From NCBI GenBank assembly GCA_963708075.1, contig OY970194.1, positions 3,744,001 to 3,808,000 of the forward strand: a stretch of 64,000 bases of DNA, written 5' to 3'. Below the pieces are notes generated by a model. That model did no database searches. It had not been told where the DNA came from and saw nothing but the letters and a program-made list of their open reading frames with translations. The stretch's first letter is position 1. Each line of letters starts with the position of its first letter. Source of the stretch: Sedimentisphaerales bacterium. Lineage in GTDB: Bacteria; Planctomycetota; Phycisphaerae; Sedimentisphaerales; Anaerobacaceae. This document shows positions 19,645-31,400 of this stretch, in pieces. The position numbers were made by a program, and so were the translations under genes.

Positions 19645-20586
19645 TCAATCACGCGCTTTCGCGGATACTGGTTCCGGCGCCGTCGGCGGCCGGTCAGAGA
19701 TGGAGAACCAGGTCGTGAGCGAGCCCAACACAAGCAGCAGAGATCCCACCCACAGTTCCAGACTTGGCGTCACGTCCAAGTACAAACAACTCACCAAGGT
19801 TGATAGGAGCGGGGTAAAATAAGAGCAGGCAACCACAAGCGACAGGTGGCCCTTTCGCATCGCCGCATCCCAAAGCGAATAAGCCAGCACCGTACAGACG
19901 CCCAGCACTACGGCTTCACCGGCCACTCGCGCGCTCCATGCAAAGGATTCCGTCGAGAAGAAACGCAGGCCCAGAAGCATCAATCCCGTGGCCGGGATGA
20001 ACAGTTCGACAGCCCCACCGGCCCCGGGCCGAGACCAGCGTCGGGCCAGAGTCGAGTACAGCGCCCATGTGACCGCGCCGACAAACGCAAATGCGTAGGC
20101 GGCAGGATTGACCTGCAAGTGTCCCCAGAACGACTGCCATGACACACGAGTGCCTTGCGTAATCACCAGGAACTCGCCTGCCAGGGCGAGCACAGTCCCC
20201 GGCACAAGCAGCAGACTGGCCCGCTTGTGAAGGAGGAGAAGGGAGAACAGGATCGTTGCCGCCGGCCACAGGTAGTTCACCAGTCCAACTTCGAGCACCT
20301 GCTGTCGGTCCGCGGCCGACCCGACCGCCAGGAACAGAAGAACAGTGTACAGGACAAACAGGGAGCCGCAACCAAACACGTACCGACGCGAGAGTGTGAG
20401 GAATCGCTGCATCGGCGCTCGCCGCCACCCGAGTTGCAGCAGGCAAAGCAGGCCGCCAATCAGATAAACGTATGCCCCTGCCGTCAGGGGACCCGTCTGC
20501 TCCGACAGACTGCGAGCCACGGCTACCGTCGTGCTCCAAAGAACGATGGCCGCGAGCCCGCCGCCGGTGCTCCAACTGATATTCAC
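19645..20586 (-). CDS. DMT/EamA family transporter, YddG-like
   Basis: GLAAIVLWST, EVGLVNYLWP, LWDAAMRKG and SYFTPLLS, with about 10 TM helices. Confidence 0.82.
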   Translation of the reverse strand: MNISWSTGGGLAAIVLWSTTVAVARSLSEQTGPLTAGAYVYLIGGLLCLLQLGWRRAPMQRFLTLSRRYVFGCGSLFVLYTVLLFLAVGSAADRQQVLEVGLVNYLWPAATILFSLLLLHKRASLLLVPGTVLALAGEFLVITQGTRVSWQSFWGHLQVNPAAYAFAFVGAVTWALYSTLARRWSRPGAGGAVELFIPATGLMLLGLRFFSTESFAWSARVAGEAVVLGVCTVLAYSLWDAAMRKGHLSLVVACSYFTPLLSTLVSCLYLDVTPSLELWVGSLLLVLGSLTTWFSISDRPPTAPEPVSAKARD

Positions 20587-20627
20587 GTTACCTTGGCTCA
20601 GAGATCTCTTCCCGGAAAACTTCGCGT

Positions 20628-20656
20628 CTTATACCACTTGTCATCGCGATCGGCAA
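20628..20656 (-). promoter_or_regulatory. Candidate sigma70 promoter for the DMT transporter
   Basis: TTGCCG-17 nt-TATAAG with a TGn extension. Confidence 0.5.
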
Positions 20657-20900
20657 CCGACCGACGCACATGCCTTCGACGCCGAACGGGACCCAAAACG
20701 CTATGCGGTTCGGGTCAATACGTGTATACTGGACGCGCGAGTGGTGGCCGTGGGCGTATGAACTGCGATCCCTACTGGCCGTATAGCCGCTCGAAATGTT
20801 GTTCGGTTCATGGCTCAGCGACGAGCGGCTGGGCTCACCTCGTGCGGGCGGGTCATTATTCGCCTCTGGGTGCCACATGCTCGGTTCGGGTGGGTGCTGT

Positions 20901-23480
20901 ATGGCTTGCTTATCGTCATATACATCGCGTTGCAGCCATGTCATTGGCATCTTTCTGATCGTCTTTTTCCTCGCAGAGGCCCCAGCCGCCACAGGCCAGG
21001 ATTCCAAATCTGAAATTTCAAATTCGAAATCGCTTTTCAAGACGGGCGAGTATGACAAGTGCCTCGAATCGGCCCAGAAGGCCATTAAGGATGGGGCTTA
21101 TTCCATCGAGTGGCACGTCCTTCAGACGGAGTGCTTGCTGGCGTTGGGGCGGTATGAGGAGGCCGCAGCTCACGTCGATGAAGTGCTGAGAGGCTCGCGG
21201 CCGGACATTTGCCTGCTGCGGGTCGCGCACACCGCCTATCAGCACAGCAACCAGGCCGAGAAGGCCACGATGATGCTCGCAACGGCTTACAGGATCGCTA
21301 GTTACCGCCGTTCGGAGTACCTGACCAGTGCGGAGATGGTGGCTCTGGGCCAATGCCTGCTTCTGCTGGGAGCCGAGCCGCGGCTTATCCTGCGAGACTT
21401 CTACAACCGGGTCATCGAGCGCGACCCGAACTGCCGCGAAGCGTACCTCGCCGCCGGCGCACTGGCGGCAGCCAAGCAGGATTACGAGTTGGCCGCAGAA
21501 CGCTACCGCGAAGCCCTTAAGCGATTTGGCGACGATCCGGACGTTCACTACGGGCTGGCCCAGGCGTTCTACTACAGCGACCGAAAAGCGATGATCGCGT
21601 CGCTGGATGCGGCCCTTCACGTGAATCCCAGGCATGCACCGGCGCTGGTCCTGCTGGCTGAGCATCAGATCGACTGCGAAGACCGGGAAGGGGCGGCCAA
21701 ATCGCTGGACCGCGTGCTCGCGGTCAATCCCTGGCATCCGGAGGCCTGGGCGTGCAAGGCGGTCCTGGCCCATTTCGCCAGCGATCCCAATGCCGTCAAT
21801 ACCTGCCGCGCCAGCGCACTGAAGTTCTGGCCGAAGAACCCGCAGGTGGATTACCTCATCGGCAGAAAGCTATCGCAGAATTATCGTTTTGCCGAGGGCG
21901 CCGCCTGTCAACGTCAGGCAGTAGTATTCGATCCCAACTACCTGCCCGCAAAGATCCAACTGGCACAGGATCTGCTACGGCTTGGGGATGAGCACGAGGG
22001 CTGGGCCCTGGCCGATGAGGTGAATAGCAAGGACGCCTACAATGTCGAGGCCTACAACCTCGTCAATCTTCATGATGCGTTGTCCCAGTTCAAGACGCTG
22101 TCGGCGGATGGCTTGCTCGTAAGAATGGACAAGCACGAGGCGGCCGTCTACGGCGACAGAGTCGTCGAGCTGCTCCGGCGCGCCAGGTCCAGGCTGTGTG
22201 GCAAATACGGGCTCAGATTGGATGGGACCGTCACGATCGAGTTGTTCCCCAACCAGCAGGATTTCGCCGTCCGGACGTTCGGCATGCCGGGCGGGGACAG
22301 TTTTTTGGGGGTCTGCTTCGGCAAGGTCATCACGGCCAACAGCCCGAAGGCTGCCAGACCGTCCAACTGGCAATCGATGCTCTGGCACGAGTTCTGCCAC
22401 GTCGTGACGCTGAATCTCACAGGCAACAAAATGCCTCGCTGGCTGAGCGAGGGGATCTCCGTCTATGAGGAGATGCAGGAGAACCCGATCTGGGGCCAGG
22501 CAATGAATCCGCAGTATCGCAAGATGATCCTCGACGGAGGACTGACGCCGATCAGCAATCTCAGCGCCGCGTTCATGAGTCCGCCGACCCCGATGCACCT
22601 GCAGTTCGCTTACTATGAATCCGCCCTTGTGGTGGAGTTTCTCGTTGAGCGATCCGGCTTTGCGTCGCTTAAAGCAATCCTCGCCGACCTGGCAAGAGGA
22701 GAGGAGATCAACGCCGCCATCGCGAGGCACGCCGGGGCGATCAAGGAGATCGAAAACGGTTTCGAAGCCTTTGCCAGGAAGCGGGCGCAGGAGTTGGCCC
22801 CGGATGCAGACTGGGAGCAGCCTGCACGGGACCAGGTCGATCCCGCCGACCATGCGGCGGTCACTCAATGGCTGACCGGCCACCCCAACAACTTCTGGGC
22901 CCTGACGTTGCACACCGGCAACCTCTTGGCCGAGGAAAAGTGGGAACAGGCCAAGGAGCCTCTCCGGAAGCTGATCTCTTTGTACCCAGCGTACGTCGGT
23001 CAGGACAATCCCTATCGACTCCTCGCCCAGGTGCACCATACCCTCGGAGAAACGGAGCAGGAAGCGCAGACGCTCGGCAAATTGGTGGCGCTTTCGCCTG
23101 ATGCCGCCGACGCCTATGACCGCCTTATGGAGATCGGGATGGAGCAGAAAAACTGGATGCAGGTAATCGAAAACAGCGACAGGTATCTTGCAGTGTACCC
23201 TCTGTTATCGGCGGTGTACTTGCGTTCAGGACGGGCGTGCGAAGAGCTTGGGCAACCGGAGCGGGCCATCCAGTCTTATGAGCGTCTGCTCCTGCTGGAC
23301 CCCGCAGACCCGGTCGATGTCCATTATCGCCTGGCACAACTGCTCCAGCAGCACGACCCCGCCGGCGCGAAGAGGCACATTCTTGAAGCCCTCGCCGATG
23401 CCCCACGCTTTCGCCAAGGCCATAAACTGCTACTGAGCATTCCCACTGAGGCGACAACGATCCAGGAGAAGCAGCCATGA
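20901..23480 (+). CDS. Secreted TPR-repeat protein with a gluzincin-type (peptidase MA-like) domain
   Basis: Many TPR-like repeats. LWHEFCHVVT (HExxH) is followed by MPRWLSEGISVYEE. Start is uncertain (20796-20901). Confidence 0.8.
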   Translation: MACLSSYTSRCSHVIGIFLIVFFLAEAPAATGQDSKSEISNSKSLFKTGEYDKCLESAQKAIKDGAYSIEWHVLQTECLLALGRYEEAAAHVDEVLRGSRPDICLLRVAHTAYQHSNQAEKATMMLATAYRIASYRRSEYLTSAEMVALGQCLLLLGAEPRLILRDFYNRVIERDPNCREAYLAAGALAAAKQDYELAAERYREALKRFGDDPDVHYGLAQAFYYSDRKAMIASLDAALHVNPRHAPALVLLAEHQIDCEDREGAAKSLDRVLAVNPWHPEAWACKAVLAHFASDPNAVNTCRASALKFWPKNPQVDYLIGRKLSQNYRFAEGAACQRQAVVFDPNYLPAKIQLAQDLLRLGDEHEGWALADEVNSKDAYNVEAYNLVNLHDALSQFKTLSADGLLVRMDKHEAAVYGDRVVELLRRARSRLCGKYGLRLDGTVTIELFPNQQDFAVRTFGMPGGDSFLGVCFGKVITANSPKAARPSNWQSMLWHEFCHVVTLNLTGNKMPRWLSEGISVYEEMQENPIWGQAMNPQYRKMILDGGLTPISNLSAAFMSPPTPMHLQFAYYESALVVEFLVERSGFASLKAILADLARGEEINAAIARHAGAIKEIENGFEAFARKRAQELAPDADWEQPARDQVDPADHAAVTQWLTGHPNNFWALTLHTGNLLAEEKWEQAKEPLRKLISLYPAYVGQDNPYRLLAQVHHTLGETEQEAQTLGKLVALSPDAADAYDRLMEIGMEQKNWMQVIENSDRYLAVYPLLSAVYLRSGRACEELGQPERAIQSYERLLLLDPADPVDVHYRLAQLLQQHDPAGAKRHILEALADAPRFRQGHKLLLSIPTEATTIQEKQP

Positions 23481-24334
23481 CAAGACCACGATGGCTCATC
23501 GTTCTATCCTCTGTGCTCGTTGTGGCAGCAGGAGCGACGCTGGCGCAGAGGTACTATGATCGAGGCAGCGTGCCCAACTGGGAGGTGGACAAGGAATTCG
23601 CTCACGATGTCTTCACGTTCGTCCGCATCCGGTACTCCTCGGGATACGGCGGCTACGAATATGGGGGCTACGGCGGCGGATATGGTCGCCGAGGTCGGGG
23701 TTACGGCCGGGGCGGCGGCGGCTGGGCGACGGACTATCCCGACAGCGACCTGAACTTCTCCTATCGGCTGCATCAATTGACCTCCATGGAGGTCAACCCC
23801 GACGGCCTTGTGCTCGAATTGACAGACCCCGAACTGGTCAACTACCCGTTCATCTACCTCCTGGAGCCCGGCCGGCTGGTCTTCAGCGAGCCCGAGGTCG
23901 AGGCGCTGCGAGGCTACCTGCTCAACGGCGGCTTTCTCATGGTCGATGACTTCTGGGGCGAGGCGGAGTGGTACAACTTTTATCGCGAGATCAAGCGGGT
24001 GTTCCCCGACCGCGAGCCGGTCGAGCTGGACCTGGATCACCCGGTCTTCCACGCCGTGTTCGACCTGAAGGAAAAGCCGCAGATCCCCAGCATCAACGTG
24101 GCCCTGGCGGGCCGCGACTATGGCGTCACCTGGGAACGCGACGACGCACGCGAGGTCCACTACAAGGCCATCTACGACGATAAAGGCCGGATGATGGTCA
24201 TCATCTGCCACAACACCGACCTCGGCGACGGCTGGGAACGCGAAGGGGAAAACGAGTGGTACTTCCATGAGTTCTCCGAGAAGAAAGCATATCCGCTGGG
24301 AATCAATATCGTGTTCTACGCGATGACACATTGA
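23477..24334 (+). CDS. DUF4159 domain protein
   Basis: FTFVRIRY, WATDYPDSD, YPFIYLLEPG, YLLNGGFLMVDDFWG, HNTDLGDGWE and GINIVFYAMTH. Confidence 0.85.
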   Translation: MTRPRWLIVLSSVLVVAAGATLAQRYYDRGSVPNWEVDKEFAHDVFTFVRIRYSSGYGGYEYGGYGGGYGRRGRGYGRGGGGWATDYPDSDLNFSYRLHQLTSMEVNPDGLVLELTDPELVNYPFIYLLEPGRLVFSEPEVEALRGYLLNGGFLMVDDFWGEAEWYNFYREIKRVFPDREPVELDLDHPVFHAVFDLKEKPQIPSINVALAGRDYGVTWERDDAREVHYKAIYDDKGRMMVIICHNTDLGDGWEREGENEWYFHEFSEKKAYPLGINIVFYAMTH

Positions 24335-24349
24335 AATGGGAAATAGTGA

Positions 24350-25354
24350 ATGGCAAATCCTGAGATCTACGAATCTGAGCAATGGGCAGTGGAGCAAATC
24401 AAGGCCGCACGGGAGCGCATTGGGACTGAGCTTTCGAAAGCCATCATCGGCCAGCAGGATGTGATTGAGCACTTGCTGATTGCCGTGTTGTGCGGCGGGC
24501 ACTGCCTTGTCACGGGGGCGCCGGGCCTTGCGAAGACCCTCCTGGTCAAGTCGCTGGCGCAACTGTTTGACCTGAAGTTCCAGCGCATCCAGTTCACGCC
24601 GGACCTCATGCCCGCAGATATCACGGGCACGGAGATCCTCCAGCAGAATGACGGCGAGCGGAGGATGGCTTTCGTCAAAGGACCGATCTTCGCCAACATG
24701 ATCCTCGCTGACGAGATCAACCGGACGCCGCCCAAGACGCAGGCCGCCATGCTCGAAGCGATGCAGGAGCACCACGTGACGGCCGCGGGGGTGTGCTACA
24801 AGCTCGAGGAGCCGTTCTTCGTCTTCGCCACGCAGAATCCCATCGAGATGGAAGGCACGTACCCGCTTCCCGAAGCCCAGCTCGACCGGTTCATGTTCAA
24901 CGTGTCCATAGATTACCTGCCGGAGGATGACGAGGTGGCCGTGGTTCGCCAGACCACCACAACCGAGCCTCAACCCATTGCGAGAGTCTTCACCGGCGAG
25001 GACCTGCTCCGGTTCCACAGCGTGGTGCGCAGGGTCCCCACCGCCGAGGACGTGGTGCGTTACGCCGTAAGGTTGGCTGCCGCGTCGCGGCCGGGTCCCG
25101 GCGCGCTGGATTTCGTCAACGAATGGGTCACATGGGGAGCGGGCCTGCGCGCCTCGCAGTACATGGTGCTCGGCGCCAAGGCCCGGGCACTGCTCTACGG
25201 CAGATCGCATGTCAATTTCGATGATATTCGGGCGCTTGCTCTTCCGGTGCTTCGCCATCGGCTGCTGATCAACTACCGTGCCGAGGCTGAGGGCGCCGGT
25301 GTCGAGACTCTCGTGGACCGCCTGCTCAAGTCCGTGAAGGAGAAGATCAAGTGA
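24350..25354 (+). CDS. moxR: MoxR family AAA+ ATPase
   Basis: GAPGLAKT, RIQFTPDLMPADITG, LADEINRTPPKTQAAMLEAMQE and ATQNPIEMEGTYPLPEAQLDRF. Confidence 0.95.
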   Translation: MANPEIYESEQWAVEQIKAARERIGTELSKAIIGQQDVIEHLLIAVLCGGHCLVTGAPGLAKTLLVKSLAQLFDLKFQRIQFTPDLMPADITGTEILQQNDGERRMAFVKGPIFANMILADEINRTPPKTQAAMLEAMQEHHVTAAGVCYKLEEPFFVFATQNPIEMEGTYPLPEAQLDRFMFNVSIDYLPEDDEVAVVRQTTTTEPQPIARVFTGEDLLRFHSVVRRVPTAEDVVRYAVRLAAASRPGPGALDFVNEWVTWGAGLRASQYMVLGAKARALLYGRSHVNFDDIRALALPVLRHRLLINYRAEAEGAGVETLVDRLLKSVKEKIK

Positions 25355-26341
25355 CGGATCGAGCCGGTCCATTTCGCTCGCAGATCGCCGGTGGCAAAGC
25401 CGAGGGCATGATCGATCCGGCGGCGTTGATGAAGATCAAATCGATGGAGCTGCGTGCCAAGGCGGTCGTCGAGGGCTTTTGCAGGGGAATTCACCGCAGC
25501 CCCTATCACGGCTTTTCCGTCGAGTTCACCGAGTACCGCCAGTACACCCTCGGCGACGACCCCCGCTATATCGACTGGCGCGTGTATGCGCAGCGATCGG
25601 TTCTTCATCAAAAAGTTCGAGGACGAAACGAACCTCCGCTGTCATCTGCTGATCGATCACAGCCGGTCGATGGCCTATGGCTCGGCCGGCTATGCGAAGT
25701 CACAATACGCCGGCACACTGGCGGCGACGCTGGCCTACTTTCTTTTCATGCAGGGCGACGCTGTCGGCCTGGCCACATTCGACGACCAGATCCGGCAGTA
25801 CCTGCCGCCACGCAACCGGCCGAGCTACCTGCGAAGGCTGATCCATTCGCTGGAGGCCGCGCCCGCGGGCAAAGCCACCGACCTGGGTCCGCCGCTGCAG
25901 CGCCTGGCTCAAATGCTGACCAGGCGAGGGTTGATCGTGCTGATCTCCGACCTGCTGACGTCGGTGGATCGGCTCGAACCTGACCTGGGCTACCTCTGCG
26001 CGGGTGGTCACGATGTCGTCGTATTCCACGTACTGGACCCGGCGGAGCTGCATTTTGATTTTGACTCGCCGGCCCTGTTTCGGGACGTGGAGACCGGGCG
26101 CGACCTGTACATCGATCCGTCCGCCGCCCGCAAGAGCTACACGCGATTGCTGAACGACCATCTTAACAACGCGAAGGCCATCTGCCAGAGGCTCGGGATC
26201 GACTACCATCTGTTCGCAACGGACCGTCCATTCGATTTGGTCCTGCTCGATTTCCTGCAGGGTCGCATGCGCCGCCGCAGGCACCAGATTCGAAATCCGA
26301 ATTTCAAATCTCGAAATTCCGGCGAGGGGAGGACGGCATGA
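25351..26341 (+). CDS. DUF58 domain protein (frameshift near 25590)
   Basis: GIHRSPYHGFSVEFTEYRQY..GDD.RYIDWRVYA continues in another frame as SDRFFIKKFEDETN..DHSRSM. Restoring a missing CG dinucleotide joins the two. Confidence 0.88.
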
Positions 26342-28449
26342 GCTTCCTGTACCCTCTATTTCTGGCCGGCGTCGCCGCGGTGGCTGTGCCGATCCTGCTG
26401 CACCTGATTCGCCGTCACACGCGAGAACGCGTGGCGTTCAGTTCCCTGATGTTCCTGCGCACGACGATGCCGCGATTCAAGAGCCGCAGCCGGCTGGAGC
26501 ATATACCGCTGCTGATCCTGCGATGCATGATCGTGTGCCTGCTGGCGTTTGCCTTTGCACGTCCTTTCCTGGTGCGGCCGGCTGCGGTGGGCACGGCCCG
26601 GCCCGGTGAGCGGATTGTCATGCTGATCGACACCAGTGCATCAATGCGGCGTGAAGGCGTCTGGGCCCAGGTGGTCGACGAAACCAAGTCGGTCCTGGCA
26701 CATGCCGGGCCGGCCGACCGCCTGTGCGTGATGAGCTTCGATCAGACCACGCACACGCAGATCGGATTCGAGCAGTGGACGACAATGGATCCCATTCAGC
26801 GTGCGGCCATCGCGGCCCAGAGCATAGCAAGCCTGTCGCCGAGTTGGGCATCCACCGATCTCGGCCATGCTCTCGTCGCGGCTGCGGAAGCCATCGAGGA
26901 TGATGAAGTGACCGATGGGCAGCAAAGCGGCGGCATGCGACGGGTGGTGCTGATCAGCGATCTGCAACAGGGCAGCAATCTCGACGCGCTCTCGGCTTAC
27001 GAATGGCCCGAGCGGACGGAGCTGGTGGTCAAAGCGATTCCGTGCCACGGAACGACGAACGCCTCACTGCAGTGGATCGCGAGCCGCGAGACTCTGGCCT
27101 CCTCGCGTGGTGACGGCACGCCGAGTATACGCGTTACGAATGCCCCGGATGCGGACAGAGATCGTTTTGAACTTCGCTGGGGCGAGGGCAGGCAAACGGA
27201 TGTGTACGTGCCGGCGGGTCAGAGTGTCGTCGTGCATGCCCCGGCCAATCCGGATCAGCCGGCACCCACAAAGCTCGTCCTTGCCGGCGACGATCACGAC
27301 TTCGACAACGTCCTCTATCTGGCCCCGCAGCCACAGCGCAACATCAATATCCTTTATACCGGCAATGAGGATCCCAATAATACCAGGGAGATGCTGTACT
27401 ACGTGCGCAGGGCCTTTGGAACCGGCAGCGCAATGAACGCGAACATCGTTGGCCGCCCCGGCAACGAAACCATCAGCGATGCCGATATCAAGACCGCCCA
27501 CGTGATTCTTGTCACCGACCTGATCAGTCCGCAGAACTTTGCGCCGCTGCGGAAGTATCTTGAGTCCGGCAGGATTCTCCTGCTGGTCATGAAATCCGCC
27601 GAGACTGCCGCCGTCCTCTCAGGTTTGGCGGGCATTGAAAGACTTGACTGCCACGAGGCCAATGTCGGTCAGTACGCGATGCTCGACCGTATCGAGCTCG
27701 AGCATCCATTGTTGAAGCCTTTCTCCGACCCTCGTTTCGGCGACTTCACGCGGATTCACTTTTGGAGATACCGGCGCATCGATGCCGCCGATTGTCCCGG
27801 GGCGAGGGTGCTGGCCTGGTTTGACAGCGACGACCCTGCCTGGCTCGAGGTCCCCATGGGTCGCGGATCGCTGCTTGTGTGGACCAGCGGATGGCATCCG
27901 GCAGACAGCGACCTGGCGCTTTCATCCAAGTTCGTCCCCCTGCTGTATTCCGCTCTCGAATACAGCGGAGCCTTTGCGGGATACCGGCCGCAGTACTTCG
28001 TCGGCGACCCGGTGCCTGTCCCCGAACAGAATGCATCGGTCTCCCCAAACGTGGACATCCACCGGCCGGACGACACCATCGTGCACGTAGATGCCGCTCA
28101 GCGAGCCTTTACACAGACGGACCTGCCAGGCATTTATTCGATTCTGGATTCGACGCAGGGTGCTAATCCGCAATCCTTTGCCGTCAATCTGGCTGCCGGT
28201 GAGAGCCGGACCGATCCCATGCCAATCGAGGAACTGGAGAGGAGGGGCATCTCGCTGAAATCTGTTTCCGGCATTGCACCGGCGGGCGGCGAGCGAGAGA
28301 TACAGCACAGCAGCTTTGGCGAAATGGAATCGCAGCAGAAACTCTGGCGATGGGTACTTGTGGCAGTATTGGCGATGCTATTGGTTGAGACATGGCTGGG
28401 CGGCTGGCTCACGCGCCCCAGTCCGGCGTCTCAGGAGGAGCAGACATGA
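26338..28449 (+). CDS. BatA N-terminal / vWA domain membrane protein
   Basis: MSFLYPLFL..VPILLHL..FSSLMFL..LAFAFARP, MIDAS-like DTSASM, LISDLQ and a C-terminal TM helix. Confidence 0.85.
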   Translation: MSFLYPLFLAGVAAVAVPILLHLIRRHTRERVAFSSLMFLRTTMPRFKSRSRLEHIPLLILRCMIVCLLAFAFARPFLVRPAAVGTARPGERIVMLIDTSASMRREGVWAQVVDETKSVLAHAGPADRLCVMSFDQTTHTQIGFEQWTTMDPIQRAAIAAQSIASLSPSWASTDLGHALVAAAEAIEDDEVTDGQQSGGMRRVVLISDLQQGSNLDALSAYEWPERTELVVKAIPCHGTTNASLQWIASRETLASSRGDGTPSIRVTNAPDADRDRFELRWGEGRQTDVYVPAGQSVVVHAPANPDQPAPTKLVLAGDDHDFDNVLYLAPQPQRNINILYTGNEDPNNTREMLYYVRRAFGTGSAMNANIVGRPGNETISDADIKTAHVILVTDLISPQNFAPLRKYLESGRILLLVMKSAETAAVLSGLAGIERLDCHEANVGQYAMLDRIELEHPLLKPFSDPRFGDFTRIHFWRYRRIDAADCPGARVLAWFDSDDPAWLEVPMGRGSLLVWTSGWHPADSDLALSSKFVPLLYSALEYSGAFAGYRPQYFVGDPVPVPEQNASVSPNVDIHRPDDTIVHVDAAQRAFTQTDLPGIYSILDSTQGANPQSFAVNLAAGESRTDPMPIEELERRGISLKSVSGIAPAGGEREIQHSSFGEMESQQKLWRWVLVAVLAMLLVETWLGGWLTRPSPASQEEQT

Positions 28450-31400
28450 TTGAGGAAGCTCTTCGCAGACAACTCCAACCCATAGCCGACCGGCGAAGGC
28501 GCCTGCACCTGGCCCGGCGGCTGTCGATCTGCTGGCTGATCTGCGGTTCTCATCGGGGCCGCCATGGTGAGCGGAGCATGGCTGTGGGGCTGGGGATCGA
28601 CTTCGGCCGTTCTGGCCCTGTGCATTGCGGCCGTCCTGGCGACAGGCTGGATCATCTACCGATCGCGTCGCCTGCAGCCGGACTATCGGGTCCTTGCGCG
28701 AACCATCGAGCAGCAGCATCCTGACTTGCAGGCCCTGCTATTGGCCGCGATCGAGCAAGAGCCGCAGGGCCCGGATGGACAGATGGGCTATCTCCAGCAG
28801 CGGGTGATTGCCGAGGCGGTCACCCATGCAACAGGTCATGATTGGCTCCAAAGCATCTCCCGAGGAAAGCTGATGCTGGCCGGCCTGGGCCGAACTGCCA
28901 CCCTGCTGTTCCTGCTGGTCGTCTTGTCCCAAATGCTGCCGCTTACGTCGCTGCTGCCACGCGAGCACAAGGGCGTGCTGGCATCCAGAGGCCTCGACGT
29001 CACCGTCACTCCAGGTGACACATCCATCGAACAGGGCACGCCGGTGGTGATATTGGCGCGTTTCGAGGGGCGTGTGCCGTCGGCGGTGGACCTGCTGTTC
29101 GGCGAGGCCGGGCAGGAGCCCCAGCAGATCTCGCTGAGCAGGAGCCTCGACGATCCCGTGTTCGGCGGCATCCTTCAGGACGTCCGATCCGATCTGCTCT
29201 ACCACGTCGAATACGCGGATCAGCGGACGCGCGATTTCGCGATCAGCGTCTATCAGTGCCCCGAGCTTGTCCGGGCTGATGCGAAGATCGTGTATCCCGC
29301 CTATACGAAGTTGCCCGAGAAGACGATCAAGGACACGCGTCAGGTCAGCGTAGTCGAGGGCTCCGAAGTCACGCTCATCCTCACGCTGAACAAGCCGGTA
29401 GCCACCGCCCGGCTGGTCCCTAAGACAGGCATCGCAGTGGGCCTTGCCGTGGATCGCCAGGACCCTAATGTGCTGACCGCGTCCGTGACAGCGTCGCAGA
29501 GCCAGCGGTACGAGTTGCAGATGGCCGATGCCCAGGGCCGGTCGAACAAGCTGCTGCCGCGGTTCGTGATCGAGGTGCACAAGAACCTGCCGCCCGAGCT
29601 GACGCCGGTATTTCCGAGCAACGACGTGGTGGTTTCGCCGCTGGAAGAGCTCTCGCTAGAGGCGGAAGTTGCCGACGATTACGGCGTCACCGGCTACGGG
29701 CTCTCCTACGCCCTGGCTGGCACGGAGGGGCGAGACCTGGTGCTGAGCGAGGCTTCGAATGAAAAGCCACAGATTCAATACCTTCTCGCGATGGAGGAGC
29801 TCAAGGCCGAGCCGGACCAGTTGCTGACCTGGTACTTCTGGGCCGACGACGTTGGGCCTGACGGCAAGCCCCGCAGGACGGCCAGCGATATCTACTTCGC
29901 CGAGGTGCGCCCCTTCGAGGAAATCTTCCGTGAGAGCCAGTCCTTCCAGGATCAGCAGAACCAGGATCAGCAAAACAGCCAGGAAGGCAATCAGCAGGAC
30001 CGGCCCGGCGAGCGGCTGGCCCAACTGCAAAAGCAGATCATCAGCGCCACGTGGAACATCAAGCAGCAGGCCGAGCGCTCCGGCGAGATCGACCGCCATA
30101 AGGAAGACCTCGACGTCGTCCAGCAGTCCCAGGCCGGCGCCTTGGAGCAGGCCGGCGAGGCGTTGAAAGAGGCGGAAGACCCGGCGGCGATGAAAGCCCT
30201 TCAGGCCGCTTCGGATCACATGCAAACTGCCTTGGACCACCTGAGCAAGGCGTCGGAATCTGCATCGACAACGGAGCTGACGCCCGCGCTGGCCGGCGAG
30301 CAATCGGCCTACCAGGAGTTGCTGAAGCTGCGGCAGCGGGAGCACCAAGTGGCCCAGGGCCGTAGCCAGGGTCGGGCTGCCAATGCCAACTCCCAGCGTT
30401 TCCAGCAACAATTGCAGCAGTTGCAGCTCACGCAGCGGGAGAATCGATATGAGACGCAGCGTCTGGCTCAGTCCCGCGAGCAGTCCGGCCGCAGCGAGGA
30501 TCTGCAGATGCTCAACCGGCTGCGAGACCTGGCACGGCGGCAGAACGAGATGAGCGACAGGCTCCGCGAGGCACAGGCAGCCCTTCGCCAGGCGCAGAAC
30601 GAGCAACAAAGGCAGGAGGCGCTTCGCGAGCTCCGCCGCCTGCGGGACGAGCAGCTTGAAGCGCTTCGCGACACGGACGAGCTCCAGCAGCAAATGGAGA
30701 GGCCGCAGAACCGCCAGCGAATGGCCGATGCCAGACAGCAGTTGGATGATTCCCGGGCCGGAATCCGTGAGTCGGCGGAGGCGATGGAACAAGGGATGGT
30801 CTCCAGGGCAATCACCTCCGCGACACGCGCCCAGCGTCAACTCGAGCAGATGCGTGATGAGTTCCAGCGCCGCACCTCCAGTCAGTTCAGTGACCAGATG
30901 CGCAACATGCGCGAGGAGGCGCAGCAACTCGATCAACGCGAGGAGGAAGTCGCACAGGAGCTGAGCCGGCAGATCGATGCAAGGCAAAAGACGCTTGCGG
31001 GGCCCGATGCAAACCGCGAGCTGGCGGATCAGATCGATCAGCAGAAGGAGAGTATGAAGGAGCTGATCGACCAGATGAAGGGGGTAAGCGAGCAGGCGGA
31101 GAACTCCGAGCCGCTGCTGTCGAGGGCGCTTTATGATACTCTGCGCAAGGCGAGCACGAAGGACCTTGACAAGACTCTGGAGATGACCCGGGAGCTGCTG
31201 CGGCGGGACCTGCTGCCTCAGGCGCAGGAGATCGAGCGGCGGGCCGGCAATGGCATTGACGAAATCCGCCAGGGCGTCGAAGAGGCGGCCAGAAACGTGC
31301 TCGGCGATGAGGCCGACTCGTTGCGCCTGGCTCGCCAGCAGATCGAGGAGCTGATCCGGCAGATGAATGACGAAATGGCCCGTGTCGGCGGTGCAAACCC

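Noticed and set aside
23504..25372. Long antisense ORFs (also 5574-7286, 29656-31497, 45775-48300, 49003-50376)
   Set aside because: They lie opposite well-supported genes, have no recognisable motifs, and are expected at high GC.
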